Below, piece after piece: positions 48,470-60,805 of a DNA stretch of 64,000 nucleotides. The notes below the pieces were generated by a model. The model was given only the letters and a program-made list of their open reading frames with translations. It searched no databases and was not told the origin of the DNA. The stretch is from Azolla caroliniana (lineage: Eukaryota > Plantae > Polypodiophyta), in the NCBI GenBank assembly GCA_043228905.1, contig JBHGNT010000016.1, positions 10,912,001 to 10,976,000 of the forward strand, given 5' to 3'. The translations under genes and the position numbers were made by a program. The first letter of the stretch is position 1; every line of letters begins with the position of its first letter.

Positions 48470-51400
48470 ATCGACTTGCCAACCTTCACACATAAGCCAA
48501 CTAGACACTTAACTAGTATTAGAGAAAATCTTGGAACCAAGCAATATCAACACAATTACAAGAAGTAATTAGAAGGAAAGGACCAGGCCAGAATCAATAC
48601 CTCCAAAAGAACTATGGCTTCAACATCCAACACAGGTTGTGAAATTAGAAAGTTCTATTGCAAAAAAAAATCCGTTTGAAAGGAAATGATGCAGGACGTG
48701 TTGATCATTAGACACCAAATAGAGGCTATTCGGCACAACAACGAGCCGGCATCGATGAAAACAGAAGAATGTTGATCATCAGACACCAAATAGCGAGGTT
48801 GACCATCAAAATGCACTTGGCTGAAATTGTCTACTTCAACATGGGGCCCAAAGAGACGATGGCATTCGCCCCATGGGAGAAGCTACAAGCCGTATATGAG
48901 AAGAATGCGAGCTTGTCAAAACTCATATTTATTCAACAATTATTCAATATGAAGATGAGAGAAACCAAGCCGACAACCTCCCACATCAACACCTTCAACT
49001 AGGTGTTGATTGAACTCTCCTTGCAAGGTCTAATATTTTGAAGAAGAAATTCAGGCACTTGATCTTCTCTCGAGTCTCTCGACGAGTTGGGAAGTCTTCA
49101 GTATGACAATCACCCATAGCTCCACCAAGCTCACATTGGACAAAGCAGTTGGAGCGATGTTGTCGGATGAGTTCCTAAGGAAGTCGATGGGCCGAGCACC
49201 ATTGACGATAGTGTCAAAGCTTACTTCTCATGAGAAACAACTAAAAGAACCGGCCAAAGTCAGACTTGGTCGAGGAGGAGAAACGATCACCAACAGTCAA
49301 AATTGCGTAGCGGAACGTTGAATGCCCACTACACCCACTATAGGAAAGCCTGCCACAACATTGCCGATTGTTGGTCGATCAACACGAAGGGTAATGGTCT
49401 AAAATTTGATCGGAATATAGGCACGTGGAAGCTCTACTCAATTGGAAGGCAAAAGAAGAAGGATCAACAACATCGAGAGGCATCATCAACAAAGAATCAC
49501 CTTCTTCTATATTCCACTCTCTTCTTTCCTCCACCTCTCTTCCTCCTTCCTTCATAAATTATATTTGATATTCATATCAAACTCGTTGTAGAATTGATTC
49601 TTAGTTTATAAAAGAATCTATTATATTGTAATAAACTAATGTTTGGTTTCACCTACGTGTCTTATATGTTATTGTCATTTCTGCTTATTTGTTTGTGTTT
49701 CTTGTGACAAGGGAGCGTTTCGGGCTTGCCCATGCACCTCTCCTTTCACAAAGGCATTCAAAATTGTGTCTCCCGTGTGTAAACCTTGCTTGTGTGTCCG
49801 CGTGTCTTGTAACAAGGGAGCGTTTAGACTTGCCCATGCACCTCTCTTTTAACAAAGGCATTCGAAACTTTGTCTCTCGTGTGTAAGCCTTTTCCTTGTG
49901 TGTCCATGTATAAGCCTTTCTCATGTGCATTCGTTCGCCTTGTGACTAGGGATTGATTCGGGCTTGCCCATGCTCCTCTCCTTTTCACAAACGTGTTCGA
50001 AACTTTGTCTCTCGTGTGTGTAAGTAAGCCTTTTCCTTGTGTGTCTGTGTGTAAGCCTTTCTCACACGCATTCATTCACCTTGTGACTAGGGGTTGATTT
50101 GGGCTCGCCCATGCACCTCTCCTTTTCACAAACGCATTCGAATACTCGTGCCTTGTTTGTGTAAAACTTGTGTTGTGCGTGTGAGCCCTATTTCCTTCTT
50201 GTCCATAACCCCGATGGTTCCGCCTCATGATCCGCACATAGTGACAGATTTTCACGACACTAGCCTGATCTCCATTGACATGTTTGTTGAAGATAGGTAC
50301 AAGAGGACATTGTGTGAGTCGTCATAGCATATTACGAGAGGAGGAAATCTCCAATTCAGCCATGGTGTAACGGACAACAATTTGTACCCCTCACAATCAT
50401 TAGTAGGGAGGGATAACTGAATATAGCTGAATTGCCAATATTTTCACTATGGCATGGCTAACTTGGCCATATGTCAAAGCAGGGTTCGAAAGGCTTTCAT
50501 TAATCGGCTACATCCCAAAGCTTCACCATGCGGAGACTGACTTCCGTGAGCATTGCCGATACAAGAAATCACTCTCTTCATTATGAGACGATACAACAAC
50601 CCTTGTAGCTAATCCACTATGACATTTGTGGGCCAATGCCCAAAAGATTTCTGGGAGGCGCGGATACTTCATCACCTTTGTAGATGAATGTACACGCAAG
50701 GTATCAGCTTATTCAATTAAGTCCAAGGATGAAGCACTCGAAGTTTTCGATCGGTGGCTAACGGAAGTCAAAAACTGATTAGGCCATAAGGCGAAATCAT
50801 TACGGTCAGACAATGGAGGAGAATACACCTCCAGAGCCTTTGAAAAGTACCTATCCGAAAAAGGGATCCAGCATCAACGGGCCATTCCTTATACCCCAAC
50901 ACAAAACGGTGTAACCGAATGAATGAACTGAATAATCTAGGAACGAGTGATGGCAATGCTCTAGCAATCAAGTCTCAAGTTGGAATTTTGGGCCAAAGCA
51001 TTGTAGACGACAATTTACTTGATAAATCTATTGCCATCGAAATCAATCAAGCTTCAAGTGCCACAAGCATTATGGTCGAGCCAACAACCGAGCCACGATT
51101 GACTTCCCATATTCAAGAACCGAATGAATCTTGCTCCACGTTCGAGAAAATGTATCTTTCTAGGATCCGGAATGGAGGAGAATTTTGACTATCGGCTATA
51201 AGACCCAGAGAACAGGATGTTGATCCTTAGCAATGACGTAGTCTTCAATGAAGACTCATTTAGCTCAGTCCAAACAAAGCCCCGAACCGGCAAGAGAGTT
51301 AGTTTTGACTACTCCAACTAATTTTGAGTATACAATGCAGAATGTTGAACCCAAAGAGGCGAGCGAGTCGACTAGCCAATTCGAAAGAATAGTCATAGAG

Positions 51401-51972
51401 AAAATTCTAAGTAACTTTCCGATCGACTGATTTGAACCGGCATCGGCACAATCAAACTTGCCGAACACACTTGGGGTAGGGGTAGATACGACACGAACAC
51501 AAGCCAATTGCCATAACAGATCTGCATCTAGAACTCCATTGAGCAAGGTCTAAACAATGTCGGTCGAACACCCGCATTGGTCGAAGAATCCGACCCAATT
51601 AACTCGGCACCGCGGAGATTAGCTAGAGTCTTAAGGTCGACAAAGTTTTATCAACCGGGCCTGGACTATGTCAATTATATGGAACAGGAGAACCGAGCTC
51701 ATACAAAGAAGCCATTATTGTGCCGAATGCTGACATATAGCAAAATGCCATGTTATTTGAAATGACCTCGATCAACCAAAAAGACACATGGGAGTTGGTT
51801 GAATTGCCAGTCGGCAAGAAGTCGTTGCCTTGCAAATGGGTATACAAATACAAATATATATCTAGTTTGGATCAACCCAAATACAAAGCTTGACTCATCG
51901 CAAAGGGATTTAAACAAGAACATGGAGTCAACTACGACGGGATCTTCTCTCCTGTAGTCAACATGGTGACCT
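48470..51972 (+). mobile_element. Old, heavily mutated Ty1/copia (gag, integrase, RT start) with an internal LTR-like insertion
   Basis: Degenerate Met PBS TAGTATTAGAG at 48514; gag WEKLQAVYEK..LFNMKM; integrase DICGPM, SDNGGEY, PYTP.QNG; RT TWELVELP..CKWVYK. Confidence 0.8.
49480..50259 (+). repeat. LTR-like insertion with four ~105-150 bp tandem units
   Basis: CTTGTGAC.AGGG...GGGCTTGCCCATGCACCTCTC...CAAA.GCATTCGAA recurs near 49700, 49806, 49939 and 50080; ends in CACGACA terminus shared with 34006. Confidence 0.7.
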
Positions 51973-54742
51973 TGTTGAGAAATCGATGCGGAATTAATCA
52001 CAATAATTGAACTACGCGCTGAAATACGATTCACAGAAAGACAAGATAAACAATGGTGCACAGAGATTTACGTGGAAACCCTAAAACGGGAAAACCATGG
52101 GTGAACAGAATCTTCACTATACAAAGTGGATATACAACACCGAGAGGAATACAACACTATGTCGAGTGTATCAGCCGCACAGGGCTCTCACTTCTCTCTA
52201 TCACACTCTCTCTCATTCTACAACTACAGTTCTTACACTGTTCCACACATAACATGTTTGCCCTAGTTGCATATATACTTACGCAACTTTCTGGTTATTT
52301 ACATATGTAGCCCTCATGGGGCGCACTCTTAGACTATTTACAATTATAGTCTCCCGAGTTGGCTATTTACAGTTATAGTCCCTCATCAACTTGGCTCCTC
52401 TCTCTCCCCATCGGAAGAGACCTGTTTCCTAACATCATCATTATTATTATTACTATAATAATAATAGTCGAATCTTCAAACAATCGACTCACTATTTTCG
52501 ACCCTTCGACTGCCGGCTTTCCAAACAATCGGATCTTCCCAGTCATTGACTGTTGGTTTTCCGATCAGTCGGTTTTTCCTCCCACTGGAGGGACATCCTG
52601 TATTTTGTCGACTGACTCTAAGTCTGTCCATAGGTAGGTTCTTCGTCAGCATGTCAGATCCATTGTCGTCGGTATAGATCTTCACAAGGGAAAACTCTCC
52701 TTCTTCAACTCTCTCCCGCAACCAGTGATACCTTCTCTGTATGTGCTTGGTCCGGGAGTGGTATGTCGTATTCTTGGCTAGGTGTATGGCACTTTGGCTA
52801 TCACAATGAAGCAAGAACTCCTTTTGCTTCATGCCTAGTTTGGTGAGAAAATTTCTCATCCAAATCAGCTCTTTTCCGGCCTCTACCACTGCCATATACT
52901 CTGCCTCTGTAGTCGACAAGGCTACAGACTTCTGCAGTCGTGACTGCCACGACACTACTCCCCATGCATAGGTCATCACGTACCTTGACGTGGATCAGGT
53001 CGAGTCGACATCTCCTGACATGTCCGAATCAGTAAAACCTGCTAGCACAGGTTTTCTGACACCATACCTTAGGCACACCTTCGAGGTGCCTTTCAAGTAC
53101 CGGGGTATCCACTTCACCACTGCCCAGTGTTCTCTCCCTGGATTACTCATATATCGGCTTATTGCTCCCACATCAAATGCTATGTCTGGTCTCGTATAGA
53201 CCATAGCATACATTAGACTGCCGACGACTGAGGCATATGCTACCTTCTTCATCTCAGCCTTTTCCTTCTGCCCTTTCGGACACTGCTTCGCATTTAATTT
53301 GCAGTTTGTTGGCAACATAGAGCCAACCGGCTTTGCATCTGACATGTTGAACCTCTCTAGGATCTTCGTCACATACTTTTGTTGTGACAACCATAACACC
53401 TTCCGAGCTCTGTCTCGGGTTATGTGCATTCCTAGGATTTGCTTTGCCAGTCCAAGGTCTTTCATAGCAAATGATTTTCCGAGAGCTTTCTTCAAGCTTC
53501 CAATCTTCCTTGTGTCTTGACCAACTATCAACATATCATCAACATATAGCAAGAGAATTAAGAAATCTCCTTCTTCATACCTTTTGACGAACACATAGTG
53601 ATCGGCCTGTGTTTTCTTGAACTGATGTTCCATCATGAAGGACTCGAATTTCTTGTACCATTGGCGTGGAGCTTGTTTCAGACCGTACAAGCTTTTCCTC
53701 AAGTCGACACGCTAGATTCTCTTTCCCTTTCTCCTCAAAGCCTTCGGGTTGATGCATGTAGATCTCTTCGTCTAACGCCCTAGGCAAAAATGCGGTTTTG
53801 ACATCCAACTATTCAATCTCTAGGTCCATGTTGGCCGCTATGCTCAGAACAATTTGTATGGATGTCATCTTTACGACTGGTGCGAATATGTCGTCAAAGT
53901 CGACGCCCTTCCTCTGTTGGAAACCCTTTACGACTATGCGGGCTTTATACCTGGGCTCGTTGTCGACTTCTCCAATCTTCACCTTGTAGACCCATTTATT
54001 CCTGAGTGCTCTCTTACCTTTTGACAGCTCTACTAGGTCGTAGGTGTAATTCACGTGCAAGGATTCCATCTCCTCTTGCATCGCGTTCAGCAGTTTTCCT
54101 CTACTCTCATCAGCAATGGCTTCTTCATAGCACTCCAGTTCACCATCATCAGTCAAGAGGACGTATTGACTGGCATATCTAGTCGATGCCTTCCTTTCTT
54201 TGAGTGGGTACTTTGTCCACTCGTTGTTGGCTCTATTCCGGATGTCTCTGCCAACTCTTCTCTTTGCTCGGGATTCTGTTCATCAATCGGCATCTCCAGG
54301 TTGGACAACTCCAACTCATATTCCTCAATTGATATTAGCAAGTCTGTCGATTTTGATTCATAGTCTGTCGGTCTTTCCAAGTCGACCGATTTGGATTCGG
54401 CTCTGTCGGCTAGCTATCTCCTTACAACTGCCGGTGTCGACACATTTGGCCTTAAGTCGATGTAGTCGAGGTTGACTGGGGAGTCAGTTCTGACTTCTGT
54501 TGCTTCTAGTCTTCAATTGTCTTGTCTTCTAGAAAGACTACATCCCGACTTCTCACTACCTTCTTGTCGACTAGGTCCCATAGCCTGTAGCCGAATTCAT
54601 CTTCCGAGTATCCCATGAATATGCATGCTTTGGACTTGTTGTCGAGCTTTGACCTTTGATCCTTTGGTACATGCATATGCGCCAAACATCCAAACACCCT
54701 CAGGTGTTGGTAGGAGACATCCTTCCCTGTCCACACCCTTTA
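51973..54742 (-). mobile_element. Ty1/copia 3' half (INT end, RT, RNase H, 3' LTR 51973-~52597)
   Basis: [48 protein letters not shown]; the PPT/LTR junction is deleted. Confidence 0.93.
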
Positions 54743-54744
54743 AG

Positions 54745-57700
54745 AAGTCAGTTGAAGAAGTCGTCAGTTGAAGAAGTCTTTGGTAGGTAGGATTGATGTT
54801 CTTTTGATTTAGGAACATCATTTAAATGAACAACGGATTCGGAAATATGGAAATCTGTTGCCAGGTCAATGGAGGCAGCTTTGGGTGCCTGTAGTTGGTG
54901 ATAATAGGTTGAAAGCTGGACTCTGTATAACAATAAACGATACCTGTTTGTTATCTTTCTTACATTATGGAGTCTTGTCATGTAGTCGAGGTCAATATGC
55001 AATTTTTCCAATAGGTTTGAAGAAGTGGGGTTTATTGAATATTTATGCTGCGAATAATGCAAGAGATAGAACGATACTTTGGAAGAGCATAATTTCACAG
55101 TTACCCACTATGGATCATTGGGCGATTGCAGGTGATTTTAATATGTTAGAGGATGTGTGTGATAGGGTAGGAGGAAGGTCACATACAGTAGCTGGTTCAG
55201 AATTATATGAATGGGAACGACTGATTTTTTTTTTGGGATTAATGGATTTGTGGCATGTATCTTCCTTTGTATCCTTTGTAAGGCTACAGGATTCTTTAGC
55301 GTACTCTAGATCGGATAGAAGAGAGGTATATACTAATTTGTCTAGGCTAGATAGATTCTATGCCGATAACTTTATATGGGACAAAGGAGGCCCCATTGGA
55401 ATTTTACCTTCATTTTCCTTTTCTGATCATGCACCACTTTGTATAATTATAGTTTTACAGGAACACTATAAAACTTCTAGATTTCGAATTCCGAATCATG
55501 TGTTTCTTAGACAAGATTGTGTTCCTATTGTACATAATATTTGGAATAAGTATGTCTATTCTTATGATTATGCATTGTCTAGTGTTCAAAAGGCTATTAT
55601 GGAAATACAACAATTTTTTCACTATAAGGCCAAACAAGTAGTTCAATCGTCTTTCACAAAAATAGGAAGACTTTGTGGGGGATTGAGGTCCTTGCAACAT
55701 TTGCAAGAGAGAAGGCCATATTCGACTTATATAAGTTCTAGAGTGATACACGTAGGGAACCAGATATTAGAATTACAAAAGGTTTCTGCTGAATTTACTT
55801 ACCACAATATAACATCTGAATGGGCAAAGTCAGGAGATAAAGTAAATAAAATGTTTTTTAAAATGCATAATTACCATAAGTCGGTGGCTAGGATTTCCCA
55901 TTTAAAATGTCTGGATGGCTCTTATACCAATGATCCTAGTTAGATGCGGCAAATAGCCTCTGAATATTATGATAATTTGTTGAAGGCTCAATCCTTTTCT
56001 ACTGATGATTTATCTAAACGAGATATTATATGGTCGAGGATTCAACATAGAGTGTCTGTTCAACTTTCCGAACATCTTTTGCAGCCATTAAGTCCTTAAG
56101 AGGTTTTTAAAGTAGCAAAGGCCTTAACAAAGGATGTTTGTCCTGGATTGGATGGGTTGGGGGTCCAATGGTATTTACAATATTGGGAATTGATAGGTGA
56201 GGGACTAACTAAAGCTTATTAACAAGTTTTAGATTCTGGACATATGCCCCAAGAATGGAATGACGGTTTAATCTACATGATTCCCAAATCAAGTGGTCAG
56301 TTAGAGGAGCTTCAGCATTGGAGGCCAATTACTTTGTTGAATATTATTTATAAGATATTAGCCAAAACGTTAGCTAGACGTTTACAACCTTATCTTTCTG
56401 AACTGATTCATAATTCTCAGATAGGTTTTATACAAGAGCGAAGTATTTTTGATAATATTATTCTTTTTTGGGGAATGGTAGCTTTTGCTGAAGTGCAAAA
56501 TCAACAGTTGGCAGTGCTATTTCTGGATTTCGAAAAAGCTTATGACAGAGTGGATTGGAATTTCATGGAGGGTACTTTGCTTAAGATGGGTTTTCCAAAC
56601 AGATGGATACAGGGTGTTTCAGCATTATATCATAATGGACATAGTTCAATTTTATTTGCAGGGGATATTGGTAGGCGTTTCTCTATTTCAAGATCAGTAA
56701 GACAAGGATGTCCACTTGCTCCTTTTCGGTTTTTATTAGTATCTGAAGCGTTTTCTGTACACCCTCACAATTTAACTTGTTGCAGGTTCAAAAAGCTGTG
56801 GATGACTTCGCAAATGCATTGGGTGTGTTGATCAATTGGGATAAATCATCAGGTTTTTGGGTGGCTTTGGGAAATCCTCCATTTCATGTTCCTAGCGCAG
56901 GTTTCACGTGGATTCCTAAAGGGCAATCCATTAGGTATTTAGGATGTAGAGTAGGGTTAGGATTAAAGGTAGACGATATGATTGCGCCCTTATTGTTAAG
57001 ATTAAGGAATAAGCTAATATATTGGAATAAGGAAAAGTTATCGTTAGCAGGACGTGTAGTTGTTGCTAATTCCGTGCTTTTGTCCTCCATTTGGTATATA
57101 GCGTCTACATGGTTGTTTTCTAGATCAATAATGCTTAAAGGTCAACGCCTAGTGCGGAATTTTATTTGGGGAAATGATATGTTACACAATACTATAGCAA
57201 AGGTAGCTTGGTCGATTCTTATACAACCCAAACAAAAAGGAGGTTTAGGTTTGATTGATTCTTTTATGCAAAGTAAAGCATTACTTGTTAAACATGTTGT
57301 TAGGTGTTTATTGCGAGGACAGGAGTTATGGAAAAAGTTATGGATGTGTCATTTATATAAATTTAAACCATTGGTTGGTCGTCAATGGTGTGTTAGTCTT
57401 AGATGGTTCTTTAACTCATATTTTCCGTTGTCTAAATCGACAGTTGGGTCTTTACGTTTTCTTAATGGAAATCTAAGGGCATGGGAAAGTATTCATCGAG
57501 CACTTGTTTTCTTGCCACCAAAAACATATCATCAATTAATGTGTCAGCCGTTGTTATGGAATTCTTTGTTTACTGATGAAGTGGCATGTGTTTTGGGTTT
57601 GCGACCTTGGTTATCTTGGTCTGCAATGGATAATGGACCAACTCGTACGGTTGCGGATTGGGTAAATTTCCTACAGACTTCCCTGCAAGATCAAAAGACT

Positions 57701-59020
57701 AGGGTGTCTAATTTCAAAGGGGCAAACATTATGCTCTCTCAGTGTCAACGGTGTACCAGGTAACACTACCAACTTTGAGATTTGATCATTTTCAAAATTG
57801 GTATGGTATGTTTTCGACACTAAATATACTTATAGGAGGAGCTCGTTTTTATACTCAAAATGGTAGCCTCTAACTTTTATGAAGTTTTGGATAATGGTAG
57901 GTTGTTGTTAGTGGAGGAGGAGTCTTCAATTATGTCTTCTGCCAAGAAGCTGCCAGTGAAAGTAATTGTTAGGTTAGATAAAAAGATATTTATAGATCCT
58001 AATCTATTAATTGCTAAGTATTCATCTCATATGTGGGTTTTACACTCTAGACCAATTGCTGATCTGCAGTGGGATCCATTAGATTATGGTTGGAAGTTGC
58101 CCATGTCTGACACTACGCAAGTGAAAGTTCTTCCATTTTTCGCATATTCTGTGGCATTGGGTAGAAAGGTTTTGTTAAATGAGATAGGGTCAATTCCTGC
58201 GGGGAAAAAATATTGGGAGGAAGGTAATGTGTCATCTTCATATATGTTGAAGTTCTGGAAACAGTTTTGGTCACTTAAATGTATGAACAAGGTATTGCAC
58301 TTTTGATGGTTAATGATTCATTATGCATTGCTAGTAGGAGATTTATTGAGGGGAACAATACCTAATCGATCATGTGGTAGGTGTGGTTTTGCATTTGAGA
58401 CATTGCATCATGCTTTTTGGGAATGTGTTACGGCCAAATGTTTTTGGTCTCGTATTCTTAGGCTTTTAGGTTGTAAGTATAGGGCTGCTAAATTCACGTG
58501 GGGTACAATCTTTTGGGGTACGTTGGCTCAAGAAACGGTTTTTTATCATCATCATAATTCATTGTTGACTTTACATGTGAAAAGTTTTCAGGTGTACGTT
58601 ACAAATAGCTCCTTGCAAGGAGTCAAGTTCTTTTCCAGGTGTTATGTTTGGAACATTATCTCCTCTTTGGCGTTATGGATTATTTGGAAAGCAAGGTGTT
58701 CTAAAATATATAATGATGAACAAACTAATGTTGTGGATCAAGTTAAATCTTTCTGGGAATTATTGGTAAATATGGTTAAAGGTGAATATGATAGCTATAA
58801 GGGGTTTGGAAATGTACCTAACTGGAAAAGAAAGAGAATTAGAAGTGTCTGGTTAGCTATTCCTATTTTCTTGGATGCAACAGGTGAAGATGTTAAGTGG
58901 AATTATGTTCCACCTCGGTGGTTATTTCCACCACCAACGACATTTATATTGAATACAACATGACTAAATAGGAAGTCCACATTAATTTGTCATTAGGACA
59001 GTAGTGCATTAAGTTTGTTT
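54745..59020 (+). mobile_element. L1-type LINE ORF2 (endonuclease, RT with internal deletion, zf-RVT), copy 2
   Basis: EN and RT motifs as in copy 1, plus YLGC, LSLAGRVVVANSVL, GGLGL and CGRC..ETLHHAFWEC; several stops; no YADD motif. Confidence 0.93.
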
Positions 59021-59039
59021 GTAATCATGGAAGTAGTTC

Positions 59040-60420
59040 TAGTTGGTAAGGATGAATGATGGTGTTGGCGGGGGGTTGAAGCACATTTTTAGGAGGGGAT
59101 GCACACAATACATTTACTCTATTGTTGTTTGTACAGGTTTTAGGTGGTGAACGAACAGAGGGTTGATGTAGAAAATGAAGCAAATTGTTGATGTGGAAAA
59201 TGAAGCACATTCTAGTTTTGTAGAGGATGTTTCATGATGGTGTAGGGGGATGAAGCCAATTTCTTGAGGGGATTAGGAGAATAACTCATTCTGTTTTTGT
59301 TACAGGTTCGAAATGGTATAAATCGAGATGGGTGATGTGGTTATTGAAGCAAATTGTCTAGTTTTTAAGGATGAGAGAATCATGGTGGTGTTGCGGGTTG
59401 AAGCAAGGTTTGATGAGGGGGTAGGTTTTATTTTTATTATGATGATTGATGATGGCGGTGAGTGGTGAGAATTGAAGCATGTTTCCCATGAAGAGAGGAT
59501 AAGTGAAGATGGTGCGACGGCCGAAGTATATAATGAGGAGATGTGGAAATTGTTTACACCTAATTTGTTGTTGTTTATTACAGGCCCTTCATGGTAATCG
59601 GTGAAGTGTTGGATGGGACTGAATGAAGCAATTTTTTTTGTGATAAGGATGATGGTGGGGGGGTCGAAGCAGACTATCATGACTGGGTGAGGAAACTTTT
59701 AGAATAATTCTTGTTGTTAATACATGATTTTCGTGTACATTGGCAAGTTGCTTAGCGGTGAGATGGTTGATGTGGACTGAATGAAGAAATTTTTTGTGAT
59801 AAGGAGGAGTGAAGATGGTGGGGTGGTCGAAGCCGACTATGTTGAGTGGGTGAGGAAACTTTTAAGCTAATTTTGTGTTGTTAATACAGGATTTTCGTGG
59901 ACATTGTCAAGATGCTAATCGATGAGATGGCTGATGTGGATTGAATGAAGAATTTTTATGAGATAAGGATGAGTGAAGATGGTGGGGGGGTCGAAGCCGA
60001 CTATCATGAGTGAGTGAGGAAATTTTTACACTAACTTCTATTGATTATGCAGGATTTTTAGTGGACATTGGCAAGATGTTAATAGCATCGCCAAGATGGC
60101 TGATGTGGACTGAATGAAGAATTTTTATGAGATAAGGATGAGTGAAGATGGTGGGGGGGTCGAAGCCGACTATCATGAGTGAGTGAGGAAATTTTTACAC
60201 TAACTTCTATTGATTATGCAGGATTTTTAGTGGACATTGGCAAGATGTTAATAGCATCGCCGAGATGGCTGATGTGGACTGAATGAAGATTTTTTTCTGT
60301 GATAAGGATGAGTGAAGATGGTGGGGGGGTCGAAGCCGACTATCATGAGTGGGTGAGGAAATCTTTAGAATAATTTCTTGTTGTTAATATAGGTTTTTTG
60401 TGAACATTGGCAACATGCCA
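59040..60420 (+). repeat. ~155-170 bp minisatellite array, about 9 units, increasingly homogeneous toward the right
   Basis: GATAAGGATGAGTGAAGATGGTGGGGGGGTCGAAGCCGACTATCATGAGT at 59962, 60131 and 60301; diverged copies near 59798, 59642, 59495, 59368, 59224 and 59048. Confidence 0.9.
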
Positions 60421-60654
60421 AGATGGTATACAAAGAGTCTGACAAATCATCCCTACATGAACTCACCAAAGAAAATTGAAGAAATGTGTATATTGGGAGA
60501 GTAAGCTGATCAAGACGGTCATATTGGTCTATGGGGCTGTTTACCTCTATTTTCTCGTGCTGATGAACAGTATATAGGACTACCGTGGAGGAGATGTATA
60601 TATGTGGAGGAGATGTATATTCTCAATGGTCGTGGAGATGAAGGAGATGGTAGC

Positions 60655-60805
60655 TGTTGACATGGGTCCAAGGTGACCCACCACATTTTGGTCTTATTGG
60701 GTTGAACCCATGACCTTTTGGTCTTATTGGGCAACCTTACCAATTGAGCTACATCTATCTATGCATTATTGTATTGTATAAGATTCAACTTATTACATTG
60801 TAGAT
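60655..60805 (+). mobile_element. Fragment of a Tcn1-family LTR related to 6526-6937
   Basis: ATTGGGCAACCTTACCAATTGAGCTACATC..TATGCATTATTGTATT..GTAGATTGA closely parallels 6590-6672. Confidence 0.7.

Larger units (their letters stand above)
29644..48470 (+). mobile_element. Tcn1-like chromovirus pol (RT 29644-29841; RT-RH-INT-chromodomain 45985-48470) split by the 29842-45980 insertion
   Basis: FSKIDLR at the left joins [15 protein letters not shown] at the right after removing TSD ACGG; [14 protein letters not shown], integrase and chromodomain motifs follow. Confidence 0.88.

Noticed and set aside
59040-60420. CRISPR-like array
   Set aside because: Whole units repeat with no unique spacers; eukaryotic context and no cas genes.
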